From a bacterium (GTDB taxonomy: Bacteria; Patescibacteriota; Minisyncoccia; Phycocordibacterales; JBBTRF01), in the NCBI GenBank assembly GCA_037130265.1, contig JBAXTI010000001.1:32418-96417 (forward strand): a stretch of DNA of 64,000 bases, in the 5' to 3' direction. The translations under genes and the position numbers were made by a program. Below are positions 39,618-48,238 of the stretch, piece by piece; position 1 is the stretch's first letter, and every line of letters begins with the position of its first letter. The notes below the pieces were generated by a model. It did not search any database and was not told the DNA's origin. It saw only the letters and a program-made list of their open reading frames with translations.

Positions 39618-39686
39618 AAAAAATAAAGCCCGCCGGGAGGCGAACTTGGACCTACATACTATAGCGGAAATGGGGAGGGACGTCAA
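39618..39686 (-). promoter_or_regulatory. nusA promoter and leader terminator hairpin
   Basis: TTGACG-17-TATAGT, then AGTTCGCC-TCCC-GGCGGGCT-TTATTTTT. Confidence 0.65.
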
Positions 39687-39747
39687 CAGAGTGTCGATGG
39701 GGATGAAAAAAGCCGAGCCACCTAGTGGCGCGGCTCTGATGTGCGAG

Positions 39748-40266
39748 TCACTCTTTCGTGATCAATTCGTCCATTAAATGTGGCGGGAGTAGAAGTTGGC
39801 CCACATGAGGCCAGGAAGCGACGATTTTGATGTTGCCAAGCTTGCTCTCCCACTTAGCCATGTCGCCGCTGTCGGGATTGAAAAGAAGGCGATTGGGGAC
39901 GAATGGAAGGTGATACATCACTTCGGGCCGGTCGTCGATCATGTGAGTGGCACCGAGCCGCTGGCAGATCGGTGCTTGCCCCTCGCGTTCGCGGCAGAAG
40001 TGCACATTTTCACGGCGCAGGTCGGTGAGCTTGTAGATACCGTTTTCGCTGAACCAATCCTTTGTCCGCTTCTCTTGGTCGGCGTCGACCCTGGAGACAA
40101 GATGGACATTTTCCGGCCCGAAAATGCCGTGGATGAGGAACCGGACCACGATGGCTGCGCTAGGTTGGATGTAGGGAATGCCGCCGTGTTTCACCATGAA
40201 GGTGTTGCCGAGGTCGATGCAGAGCACTCCTGGATCGGGCGCTGGGGACGGTACGATGACATTCAT
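39748..40266 (-). CDS. HAD-superfamily-like hypothetical protein
   Basis: LCIDLGNT, HLVSR, HFCRERE, THMIDDR motifs. Confidence 0.65.
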   Translation of the reverse strand: MNVIVPSPAPDPGVLCIDLGNTFMVKHGGIPYIQPSAAIVVRFLIHGIFGPENVHLVSRVDADQEKRTKDWFSENGIYKLTDLRRENVHFCREREGQAPICQRLGATHMIDDRPEVMYHLPFVPNRLLFNPDSGDMAKWESKLGNIKIVASWPHVGQLLLPPHLMDELITKE

Positions 40267-40394
40267 AGGTTTTTAGGAGGACTAACTAAGTATTTTTTAA
40301 CACATCAAAGTTTAAAAGTCGACAAGGTGAGGGGTCTGTGTATAAGATCGCTTGTGCTAAGGCAGGTCAGTGTTACAATACTATGTAAGCGTAA

Positions 40395-40430
40395 ACGAGA
40401 GCTGCGGTCATTTTTGACCGCAGCTCTCGT
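40395..40430. repeat. Perfect 16-bp inverted repeat in the leader of the surface-protein gene
   Basis: ACGAGAGCTGCGGTCA-TTTT-TGACCGCAGCTCTCGT. Confidence 0.85.
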
Positions 40431-40483
40431 ACTTTATGCGCTGAATTATTTATTCGTCAATTATTATGTATCATTCCCACCCC

Positions 40484-42622
40484 ATGTCATCACTCTTCAG
40501 CAAAAAAATCCTCAGCTTTTTTATGGCAGCAGCAATGCTTCCGTTTTTTGCTCATGGGACGACGACTATATTGGCCAATGCATACTATGCGACAGGTGTT
40601 CAGCCTCATGCTGATGCAAGTATTTCTCAGATTGCATCGGCACAGGCTGCGGCTGTCTCATCTTCTCTCGCAGTTTGCCCAATCGGGACCATGCCTACAG
40701 GCTCTGCAGTCGTCACTTCGACGAATGAAGATTTCGCCGGCGTGTGGGGTGTGTTTGCTCCGGGTCGCGGCAATGTAAACGCTGCATCCAAAGGAGGCTC
40801 GAATGATTGGGGGATCACTCTCAGTGTTATTGCGCCGGGCACAAAAAATGTTAGCGCCGTGCGCCTCGACCATAGTTATGGCAATGAACGTTGGTCGACC
40901 AATAATCCGAGCGAATACCCACTTGTTGTGTACGAGGCTGACAAAAAGTTGGTGAATAAGAGCGCTGACACGTTCCTTCTTTGGGCAGGAACCCACACGT
41001 TTAAGATCTATGCTCAGTCCGAAAGTCAAAGTTTTGCCGGAGCGAAATTGACATTCATTTTTGATGACAATTCCACAGTGGCGTTTGATGTACCAGCTGT
41101 CCCAGTTGCTCCAGTTAAGCCTGTTGTGGAAATAAGCGTCGCTTCTTCCTCATCACGAACGGTGACTGGGGGCAGTGTCCAGGCGTTGATTTCTTCATAC
41201 ACAGTAGACACCTCAAAGTCGACATCGCCAGAAGGTGTTCGAATGAGTAATCTCGCTATAAACTACAAAACAAATTCAATTGCTCGGCCGAGTGACCTCA
41301 CAAGTTGTGGTCTCTATGACGGCAGTGTTGCTCTCAATAACGGTGCAAATATTCTCAATCCTATAAGCGCAAACGGTGCTTCCACGACAATCTCATTTAA
41401 TCAACCCATCGTGATTCCACGCGGTGTCATTAAGACATTTGCACTTAAATGTAATGTATCATCGAGTGCGCAAGCTGGCGCTACCTATGCATTCGATTTG
41501 GCGAGTCCCGCAACCACAGGTCTCACCAGTGTAACTTCTTCACAGAACGTGTTTCCTGCTCAGCCAAATAACACCAGCCAGCCTGTGGCTGTTGGCGTAA
41601 CCACCCTCTCTGTCTCATCCGATGCTTCAGCCCCAGCACTTAAGAATGTCTCAGCTGGTTCTGCTGGTGTAGTCCTCAATGCTTTGAAGGTTTCAGCTGT
41701 CGGTGAAGCTATTCGCCTCGACAGAATCGGACTAAAGCTCACATCCGGCAACTCAGGCAACCTCTCTGCTGTGACTATTTGGGACGGCGCCACTCAGGTG
41801 GGGCAAATGATGTTTGTTGGTTCCAATACCACAGGTACAACATCTCTATCCACCCCTGTGATTATTCCTAAAAATAGCGACAAGGTTCTTGTTGTGAAGG
41901 CGGATATTTCATCTGTTCTCGTTCCTGCAAACACAAGTGATTTGGTGCGAGTGGATTACAACGGTGCCGATGGTGCCCGTGGTGTCGGTGTAGATTCTGG
42001 CGTAACTCTCTACACTATCGGAACATTTACGAATTCCACAGGAATTCGCGTGTTTCAGTCGTTGCCTTCGGTGACTATTGATTCACTTAGTTCATCAGGT
42101 GTTTCAGATGGCAAGTTGCTGCGATTTAAGGTCACCGCAAGTGCAGGTGGTCCAATCAGCTTGGCCAAGGTCGGCCTTGTCGTAAGCGCTACTTCAGGTG
42201 TCACGGTCTATGGCATGAATATCTACGGATATCAGGATGCGTCCTACACTCAGCCTGTTTCCACAGCATCGGGCAATGGAGCTCTCGCACTCAGCACTAC
42301 TACGGTGAGTGGCAGTAGTCCTGTGAGCGTCATTGTCGCTGCGACCGGCACATCAACGGCGCTACTTATTCCGGCGGGAACTACCCGATACTTTGAGGTG
42401 CGTGCACTCGCTATTCTTGGTATAACAACCGGATCTTCGATAACGACCACTTTGGTAGGTGATTCCACCTATACCGTAGGTTTGAGCAGCGGAGCTTTTG
42501 TATGGTCACCATTCGGACGTGTCTCACAGGTACCTCTCAATGCAAATGATTGGGTGAACGGCGTCGGTGTCGTCGTTGGTCAAAATGGCAGCAATCAATT
42601 GGTTCAGATGAGGGCAATGTAA
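40484..42622 (+). CDS. Large secreted Ser/Thr/Val-rich beta-sheet surface (S-layer-like) protein
   Basis: Signal peptide; repeated Ig-like modules (LYDG/IWDG...IPRG/IPKN/IPAG...). Confidence 0.75.
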   Translation: MSSLFSKKILSFFMAAAMLPFFAHGTTTILANAYYATGVQPHADASISQIASAQAAAVSSSLAVCPIGTMPTGSAVVTSTNEDFAGVWGVFAPGRGNVNAASKGGSNDWGITLSVIAPGTKNVSAVRLDHSYGNERWSTNNPSEYPLVVYEADKKLVNKSADTFLLWAGTHTFKIYAQSESQSFAGAKLTFIFDDNSTVAFDVPAVPVAPVKPVVEISVASSSSRTVTGGSVQALISSYTVDTSKSTSPEGVRMSNLAINYKTNSIARPSDLTSCGLYDGSVALNNGANILNPISANGASTTISFNQPIVIPRGVIKTFALKCNVSSSAQAGATYAFDLASPATTGLTSVTSSQNVFPAQPNNTSQPVAVGVTTLSVSSDASAPALKNVSAGSAGVVLNALKVSAVGEAIRLDRIGLKLTSGNSGNLSAVTIWDGATQVGQMMFVGSNTTGTTSLSTPVIIPKNSDKVLVVKADISSVLVPANTSDLVRVDYNGADGARGVGVDSGVTLYTIGTFTNSTGIRVFQSLPSVTIDSLSSSGVSDGKLLRFKVTASAGGPISLAKVGLVVSATSGVTVYGMNIYGYQDASYTQPVSTASGNGALALSTTTVSGSSPVSVIVAATGTSTALLIPAGTTRYFEVRALAILGITTGSSITTTLVGDSTYTVGLSSGAFVWSPFGRVSQVPLNANDWVNGVGVVVGQNGSNQLVQMRAM

Positions 42623-42643
42623 AGATACTGGTAAAAACAAGAC

Positions 42644-42681
42644 AAAACAAAAAACCCGGGCATGCCCGGGTTTTTTGTTTT
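42644..42681. terminator. Intrinsic terminator
   Basis: AAAACAAAAAACCCGGG-CATG-CCCGGGTTTTTTGTTTT. Confidence 0.88.
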
Positions 42682-42731
42682 CACACAACAGTGGATACTC
42701 CACCGTTCTGTTGGTGATATAATACACAGCA

Positions 42732-44486
42732 ATGTTCATCGAACCGAAACAGCTGAAGGAGCTCATTCTCGACTCCGGATTGGTGTCTAAGAAGGATTTC
42801 GAGGTGGCTGAGACCGAGGGTGCTGAGAAAGGCGTCGGTGTCGGACAGCTTTTGGTGACTGCTGGAAAGCTTTCAGAAGACGACCTGCGTCGTATGCAGG
42901 CATATGTGCTCGGTATTCCGTTTGTGGACCTAAAGGGACAGAAGATTGATTTTGATGTGTTGTCGATGATTCCTGAGCCAATCGCACGCAATCACAATGT
43001 GATCGCGTTCAATAAGAGCGAGGAATCTCTTGAGGTGGCAATGACCGACATCGATGACCTCGCGGCTATCGATTTCATTAAAAAGAAGACGAAGTTGAAG
43101 ATTTTGGCGCGTCTCACTGATGCCGATTCCATAAAGTCAGGTGTTTTGCAGTACCAGAAGAGTCTCAAGGCGGAATTCGGCGATATTATTCAGAAAGACA
43201 CCGCAAGTCTGAAGACTTTGGCTGACCAAGTGGGTGGAGATGCTGCTTCTGAGGGTGATTTGAAGAAAATGGCGGAGGAATTGCCGGTGATTCGTATCGT
43301 AGAGACCCTTTTGAAGCACGCGATCCTACAAAATGCGTCCGATATCCATATTGAACCGATGGAAGAGCAGATGCTGGTGCGATATCGTATCGACGGCATG
43401 CTCCACGATGCCATGGTATTGCCCAAAAACGCTATTAGCAGCGTGACCGCACGTCTCAAGGTGCTTGCCAACCTCAAGCTCGACGAGAAGCGTCTGCCGC
43501 AAGACGGCCGTTTCAAGGTGGATGTCAACAACGAGCGGGTTTCCTTCCGTGTTTCGATGCTTCCGACATATTACGGTGAAAAAACGGTAATGCGACTCCT
43601 CCGCGAGAGCGTTTCAGGCTTCACCCTCGAGGGAATGGGCTTCCATGGTCGTGGCTTGGAGTTTGTGCATCAGGCGCTCAAGCAGACTACCGGCATGATC
43701 CTCACTTCTGGTCCTACAGGCTCCGGAAAGACCACCACGCTCTACACAATGCTTGATATTGTGAATACGGCGGATGTGAATATTTCGACTATTGAAGATC
43801 CGATTGAATACCAGATGAAGCGTATCAATCAGACTCAGGTGCGTCCGGAAATTGGCTTCACTTTTTCGAGCGGTCTGCGTACCTTGGTGCGACAAGACCC
43901 GGATATCATCATGGTCGGTGAAATTCGCGACAATGAGACGGCATCTCTGGCGATCAATGCTTCGCTCACCGGACACTTGGTGCTTTCAACGCTCCACACC
44001 AACAGTGCGGCTGGTGCGATCCCTCGATTGCTTGATATGAAGGTTGAACCGTTTCTCGTGGTGTCGACGGTAAATGTCATTATCGGCCAACGTCTCATCC
44101 GCAAGCTCACCGAGAGCAAGGAGAAATACCTTTTGACGAAGGCTCAGCTTGAGTCTCTTGGCAAGAAAGTGGATCTCGACCATGTTCTTGCTCTGTTGAA
44201 GGAAGAAAAGATTATTGACCAGGCAGCTACATGGGAAAAGATTCCGTTCTACAAGCCAAAAGCCTCGAAGGATTCCGAAGATGGTTTCCATGGTCGTCTC
44301 GGTATTCATGAAGTGTTGAAAGTGACCAATACGATTCGTGAATTGGTGATGCAGGAGAAAAGTGCGTCGGAAATCGAGGCACAGGCTCGCAAGGAAGGGA
44401 TGATGACAATGCTCGAGGATGGTATTTTCAAAGCGGTAGAGGGCAGGACAACGATCGAGGAAGTGCTTCGAGTGATTTCCGAGTAG
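42732..44486 (+). CDS. pilB: Type IV pilus assembly ATPase PilB/GspE
   Basis: ASDIHIEP, RLPQDGR, GPTGSGKTTT, TIEDPIEY, RQDPDIIMVGEIRD, TGHLVLSTLHTN. Confidence 0.95.
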   Translation: MFIEPKQLKELILDSGLVSKKDFEVAETEGAEKGVGVGQLLVTAGKLSEDDLRRMQAYVLGIPFVDLKGQKIDFDVLSMIPEPIARNHNVIAFNKSEESLEVAMTDIDDLAAIDFIKKKTKLKILARLTDADSIKSGVLQYQKSLKAEFGDIIQKDTASLKTLADQVGGDAASEGDLKKMAEELPVIRIVETLLKHAILQNASDIHIEPMEEQMLVRYRIDGMLHDAMVLPKNAISSVTARLKVLANLKLDEKRLPQDGRFKVDVNNERVSFRVSMLPTYYGEKTVMRLLRESVSGFTLEGMGFHGRGLEFVHQALKQTTGMILTSGPTGSGKTTTLYTMLDIVNTADVNISTIEDPIEYQMKRINQTQVRPEIGFTFSSGLRTLVRQDPDIIMVGEIRDNETASLAINASLTGHLVLSTLHTNSAAGAIPRLLDMKVEPFLVVSTVNVIIGQRLIRKLTESKEKYLLTKAQLESLGKKVDLDHVLALLKEEKIIDQAATWEKIPFYKPKASKDSEDGFHGRLGIHEVLKVTNTIRELVMQEKSASEIEAQARKEGMMTMLEDGIFKAVEGRTTIEEVLRVISE

Positions 44487-44516
44487 ATATGGAGGGAGCT
44501 TCGGCCAAAAAATATC

Positions 44517-45734
44517 ATGCCACTATTTTCATACAAAGCAGTCGATCCAAATGGCGTTTCCAGAGAGGGAACGGCTGATGCTGCGGATCGCTTTGCAGTG
44601 GCCCGTGAGCTGAAAGAGAAGGGGCTCATGCTCGTGAGTGCCGAGGAGACTCTCGAGAAGCATTCTGTGCTCGATGAGAAAATTCGTCAGCTTTTTGGTC
44701 GCATTAGCATGCGCGAGAAGATAATGTTTGCCCGTAATACGAGCGCGATGCTCGAGGCGGGCCTCACTTTGTCTCGCATCCTCTCTGTAATCGAGCGTCA
44801 ATCGAGAAATCAGAAATTCAAAGAGGTCGTATCGACGATCAACAATGAGATTCGCGGCGGCAAGACGCTGAACGAGGCCATGGTGGGCTTTCCGAAGGTA
44901 TTTTCGCCACTTTTCGTCTCCATGGTCCGCTCCGGCGAGGAATCGGGTAATCTTTCTGGTGCACTAAAGACTTTGAGTGGGCAGATGGAGAAGAGCTATT
45001 TGCTCCAGAAGCGCTTGCGGGGCGCACTTATCTATCCAGTGATCGTGATGTGTCTGATTGCTGTTATCGGTGTGCTTATGTTTATCTATGTAGTGCCGAC
45101 TCTTACGAACACATTCAAAGAGTTGCATGTGAAATTGCCATGGAGCACGCAACTCATCGTTTCGACGAGTGATTTTCTTCGATACCATACGATCGCTTTC
45201 ATTTTGGCCGTTGCCGCAGTTATTTTTGGCATCATTTTCTTCAAGCGCAGCGCTTTTGGTGGTAAGCTTATCGACAAAGTCATGCTCCGCCTACCGATTG
45301 TTGGTGTCTTGGTGAAAGAGTCCAATTCGGCTCGTACGGCCCGCACCTTATCTTCATTGCTTTCAGCCGGTGTGTCCTTTTTGGCAGCCATGGAGATCAC
45401 TCGTGATGTTGTGCAAAATATTTTTTACAAAGAAGTACTTGAAAAGGCGCGGCTGAATGTGCAGAAAGGCGACCCGATTTCAAGTGTGTTCATCGAAAAT
45501 GAGCATTTGTATCCGGCTTTTGTCGGCGAAATGACCAGTGTGGGCGAGGAAACAGGCCAATTGGCCGAAATGATGCTCGGTATTGCGACTTTTTATGAAG
45601 GAGAAGTGGAACAGAAGACGAAAGACATGTCCACAATCATTGAGCCGTTGCTCATGGTACTTATCGGTTCCGCAGTAGGATTCTTTGCCGTCTCCATGAT
45701 TAGTCCGACGTATTCACTTCTCGACAATATCTAG
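44517..45734 (+). CDS. pilC: Type IV pilus platform protein PilC/GspF
   Basis: Two T2SSF repeats: GEESGNL...ALIYP; VGEETGQL...IIEP. Confidence 0.95.
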   Translation: MPLFSYKAVDPNGVSREGTADAADRFAVARELKEKGLMLVSAEETLEKHSVLDEKIRQLFGRISMREKIMFARNTSAMLEAGLTLSRILSVIERQSRNQKFKEVVSTINNEIRGGKTLNEAMVGFPKVFSPLFVSMVRSGEESGNLSGALKTLSGQMEKSYLLQKRLRGALIYPVIVMCLIAVIGVLMFIYVVPTLTNTFKELHVKLPWSTQLIVSTSDFLRYHTIAFILAVAAVIFGIIFFKRSAFGGKLIDKVMLRLPIVGVLVKESNSARTARTLSSLLSAGVSFLAAMEITRDVVQNIFYKEVLEKARLNVQKGDPISSVFIENEHLYPAFVGEMTSVGEETGQLAEMMLGIATFYEGEVEQKTKDMSTIIEPLLMVLIGSAVGFFAVSMISPTYSLLDNI

Positions 45735-45842
45735 AACAAGAGGGTGTGAGTAAGTGGGAACTGCGGAGGCCGACGGGCCGAGCCCGAGCGAAAAGCCTCC
45801 AGGCTTTTGCGTGTGTCCCACTTACTCGCACTCTCTTGTTCT
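45733..45842 (+). repeat. Dispersed structured repeat, copy 1 (27-bp stem enclosing a 56-nt core)
   Basis: Core 45760..45815 is 48/56 identical to the reverse complement of 56849..56904. Confidence 0.85.
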
Positions 45843-45861
45843 GAGGTGCTATACTATCGAA

Positions 45862-46635
45862 ATGAAAAAGAAGCGAATGCAATCATTAATCGTCGGAAAC
45901 TGGAAGATGAATCCAGGAAGTGTATTGGAAGCAAAGGATATTGTGGCGAAAGTGAAGCGTGGAACCAAGAGTTTTTTGAAGGCGAAAGTGGTGCTTTGTC
46001 CGCCCTCCTTGTATTTGTCGGAGGTGCAAAAGGCCCTGAATGGGACACGTCTGGCTGCTGGAGTGCAGAATGTGTTTACGGAAGAAGGGGGTTCGTATAC
46101 CGGAGAGGTTTCAGCAAAGCAGGCGGCTTCGTGCGGGGCGACTTACGCTATTATTGGTCATTCTGAGCGCCGAAAGATGGCTGAAACAGATGCTGTTGTC
46201 ACCAAGAAGGCACTTTTGGCGATTCGCAATGGTCTCACGGCGATTGTTTGCATTGGTGAAGCAGAGCGTGACACTCAGGGGAAGTACTTGGCGTTCTTGA
46301 AAGAGCAGATCACGCAGTCGCTCGCTACTTTGTCTGTCGGCGAGTTGAAAAAGCTTGTGATTGCATATGAGCCTGTCTGGACAATTGGCGCGAGTGCCGC
46401 AATGTCACCTGGACAGGTGCATGAGACCGGTATTTATGTCCGCAAGGTACTTTCCGATCTCTATGACCCTGTGTCTGCTTCAAAAGTACCAGTTTTGTAT
46501 GGCGGCTCAGTGAATGCGGAGAATTGTGAGGCGATTCTCAAGGAGGGGGAAGTGGACGGTCTTTTGATTGGCCGAGAAAGCCTTGTTCCTGCCGACTTTA
46601 TTGCTATCGCCAAGATTGCCAATGAGCTCAAATAG
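45862..46635 (+). CDS. tpiA: Triosephosphate isomerase
   Basis: GNWKMN, GHSERR, AYEPVW, YGGSV. Confidence 0.96.
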   Translation: MKKKRMQSLIVGNWKMNPGSVLEAKDIVAKVKRGTKSFLKAKVVLCPPSLYLSEVQKALNGTRLAAGVQNVFTEEGGSYTGEVSAKQAASCGATYAIIGHSERRKMAETDAVVTKKALLAIRNGLTAIVCIGEAERDTQGKYLAFLKEQITQSLATLSVGELKKLVIAYEPVWTIGASAAMSPGQVHETGIYVRKVLSDLYDPVSASKVPVLYGGSVNAENCEAILKEGEVDGLLIGRESLVPADFIAIAKIANELK

Positions 46636-47776
46636 CTACAAAACACTCGACCAAGCTGGTTCGCTCGCTGGGAAGCGAGTTCTTTTGCGTGCGGATTTAA
46701 ATGTGCCGATTGTAAAAGGGAAGGGTGGTCAATTGGAGGTGCGAGACGATTTTCGAATTCAAAAGTTGCTGCCCACCATCGAATGGTTGAAAAAAGCAGG
46801 TGCGAAAACGGTGGTATTGGCACATATTGAGAGTGTTGAGACTGTGTCGCTTCGGCTCGTGGCTGAGTATGTGAATGAAAAGACCATGGTGACTTTTGTC
46901 GAATCCTTCGACGCACTTTCTGCTCATGCGACGCAGATGAAGAATGGAGACGTCACAATATTGGAAAATCTTCGCATGCTTGATGCAGGTGAGAAGGAAA
47001 ATTCTGTCGATTTCGCCAAAAAGCTCGCACAGTTTGGCGATGTATATGTAAACGAGGCTTTTTCCGTGTCACATCGGCCGCATGCCTCTATTGTTGGACT
47101 GCCGAAGCTCCTCCCGCACTTTGCTGGCCCGCTGCTTGATAGCGAGGTGATGCATTTGTCGCAGGCCTTTCAACCGTTGCGCCCGTTTATTTTCATCCTT
47201 GGTGGTGCGAAATTTGAGACCAAGCTGCCATTGGTCCAGAAATTCCTCACCAAAGCAGATCTTGTGTTTGTCGGTGGTGCCTTGGCGAATGACCTTTTTG
47301 CTCAACGTGGTCTCGAAGTGGGGCAGTCTCTCCGTGCGAAGGGTGCTATCGACCTATCGGCCATCGCTGCGCACCCACGCTGCGCTACACCCGTTGATGT
47401 GTTGGTGAATACACCTGATACATACCCAAAGCTCCCGACCGAGGTGTCTGCGACTGACCGCATTCTCGACTGCGGTCCTGAAACAGTGGATTATTTGAGC
47501 CGCATGCTTCGCACGGCAAAGCTCGTGCTGTGGAATGGTCCACTCGGCGACTATGAAAAAGGTTTTGAACAATCGACCATCGACCTCGCGAAGGCGGTGA
47601 TGAAAAGTTCAGCGCGCGCAGTGCTTGGTGGGGGAGATACGATCGCTGTGCTCTCGAAGGCGGGTCTACTTGAGGCCTGTCTCAGTAACGAACAGATTTT
47701 TGTGTCTACTGGCGGTGGTGCAATGCTCGACTTTTTGGCGAACGGCACGTTGGTGGGCGTTGAGGCGCTTGCGTAG
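46622..47776 (+). CDS. pgk: Phosphoglycerate kinase
   Basis: RADLNVP, LENLR, GGAK, LWNGPLG, GGGDT, STGGGA. Confidence 0.96.
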   Translation: MSSNSYKTLDQAGSLAGKRVLLRADLNVPIVKGKGGQLEVRDDFRIQKLLPTIEWLKKAGAKTVVLAHIESVETVSLRLVAEYVNEKTMVTFVESFDALSAHATQMKNGDVTILENLRMLDAGEKENSVDFAKKLAQFGDVYVNEAFSVSHRPHASIVGLPKLLPHFAGPLLDSEVMHLSQAFQPLRPFIFILGGAKFETKLPLVQKFLTKADLVFVGGALANDLFAQRGLEVGQSLRAKGAIDLSAIAAHPRCATPVDVLVNTPDTYPKLPTEVSATDRILDCGPETVDYLSRMLRTAKLVLWNGPLGDYEKGFEQSTIDLAKAVMKSSARAVLGGGDTIAVLSKAGLLEACLSNEQIFVSTGGGAMLDFLANGTLVGVEALA

Positions 47777-47784
47777 TAGCCGTA

Positions 47785-48156
47785 CTATTTTCCCATAACT
47801 TCTCGAATCTTTCTTGCGTTTCCTGCGATGTCACTCTTTTCAAATTTCGCACTTGCAACATTGTCTGGAAATACCCAAATATGTGCGTGTGGCACTTCTT
47901 CGCCTACGATCTTCGAAAGCACCATTTCCACGCCAAAGGCTTTTTTCTGGGCCTCAGCTACCTTTTTTACCACTTCAAAATATGCACCAGCATTCGGTAC
48001 GTCCCACACCCATCGGTAGTGTTGCTTTGGGATGACCAGTGTGTGGCCTGGAGATAGAGGACGGATATCGAGAAAGGCGAGAAAGTCCACGTCTTCGTAG
48101 ACAATCTCGGCTGGCACCTCTTTGGCGACAATCTTGCAGAAAATACAGGCATTCAT
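47785..48156 (-). CDS. HIT family protein
   Basis: CIFCKIV, GHTLVIPK, VPHAHIWV. Confidence 0.92.
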   Translation of the reverse strand: MNACIFCKIVAKEVPAEIVYEDVDFLAFLDIRPLSPGHTLVIPKQHYRWVWDVPNAGAYFEVVKKVAEAQKKAFGVEMVLSKIVGEEVPHAHIWVFPDNVASAKFEKSDIAGNARKIREVMGK

Positions 48157-48238
48157 GGGCAAAAGTATACCATTTTTGGCGACGCTCTGTGGTGGCCGAT
48201 GGTCAATTCGCCAAATCCTGCGTGATATACTTTCCATT

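Noticed and set aside
45760-45785. Hammerhead-like look of the repeat core (CTGCGGA-GGCC-GACG-GGCC-GAGC)
   Set aside because: The invariant CUGANGA and GAAA are not matched in either copy, so it is not called a ribozyme.
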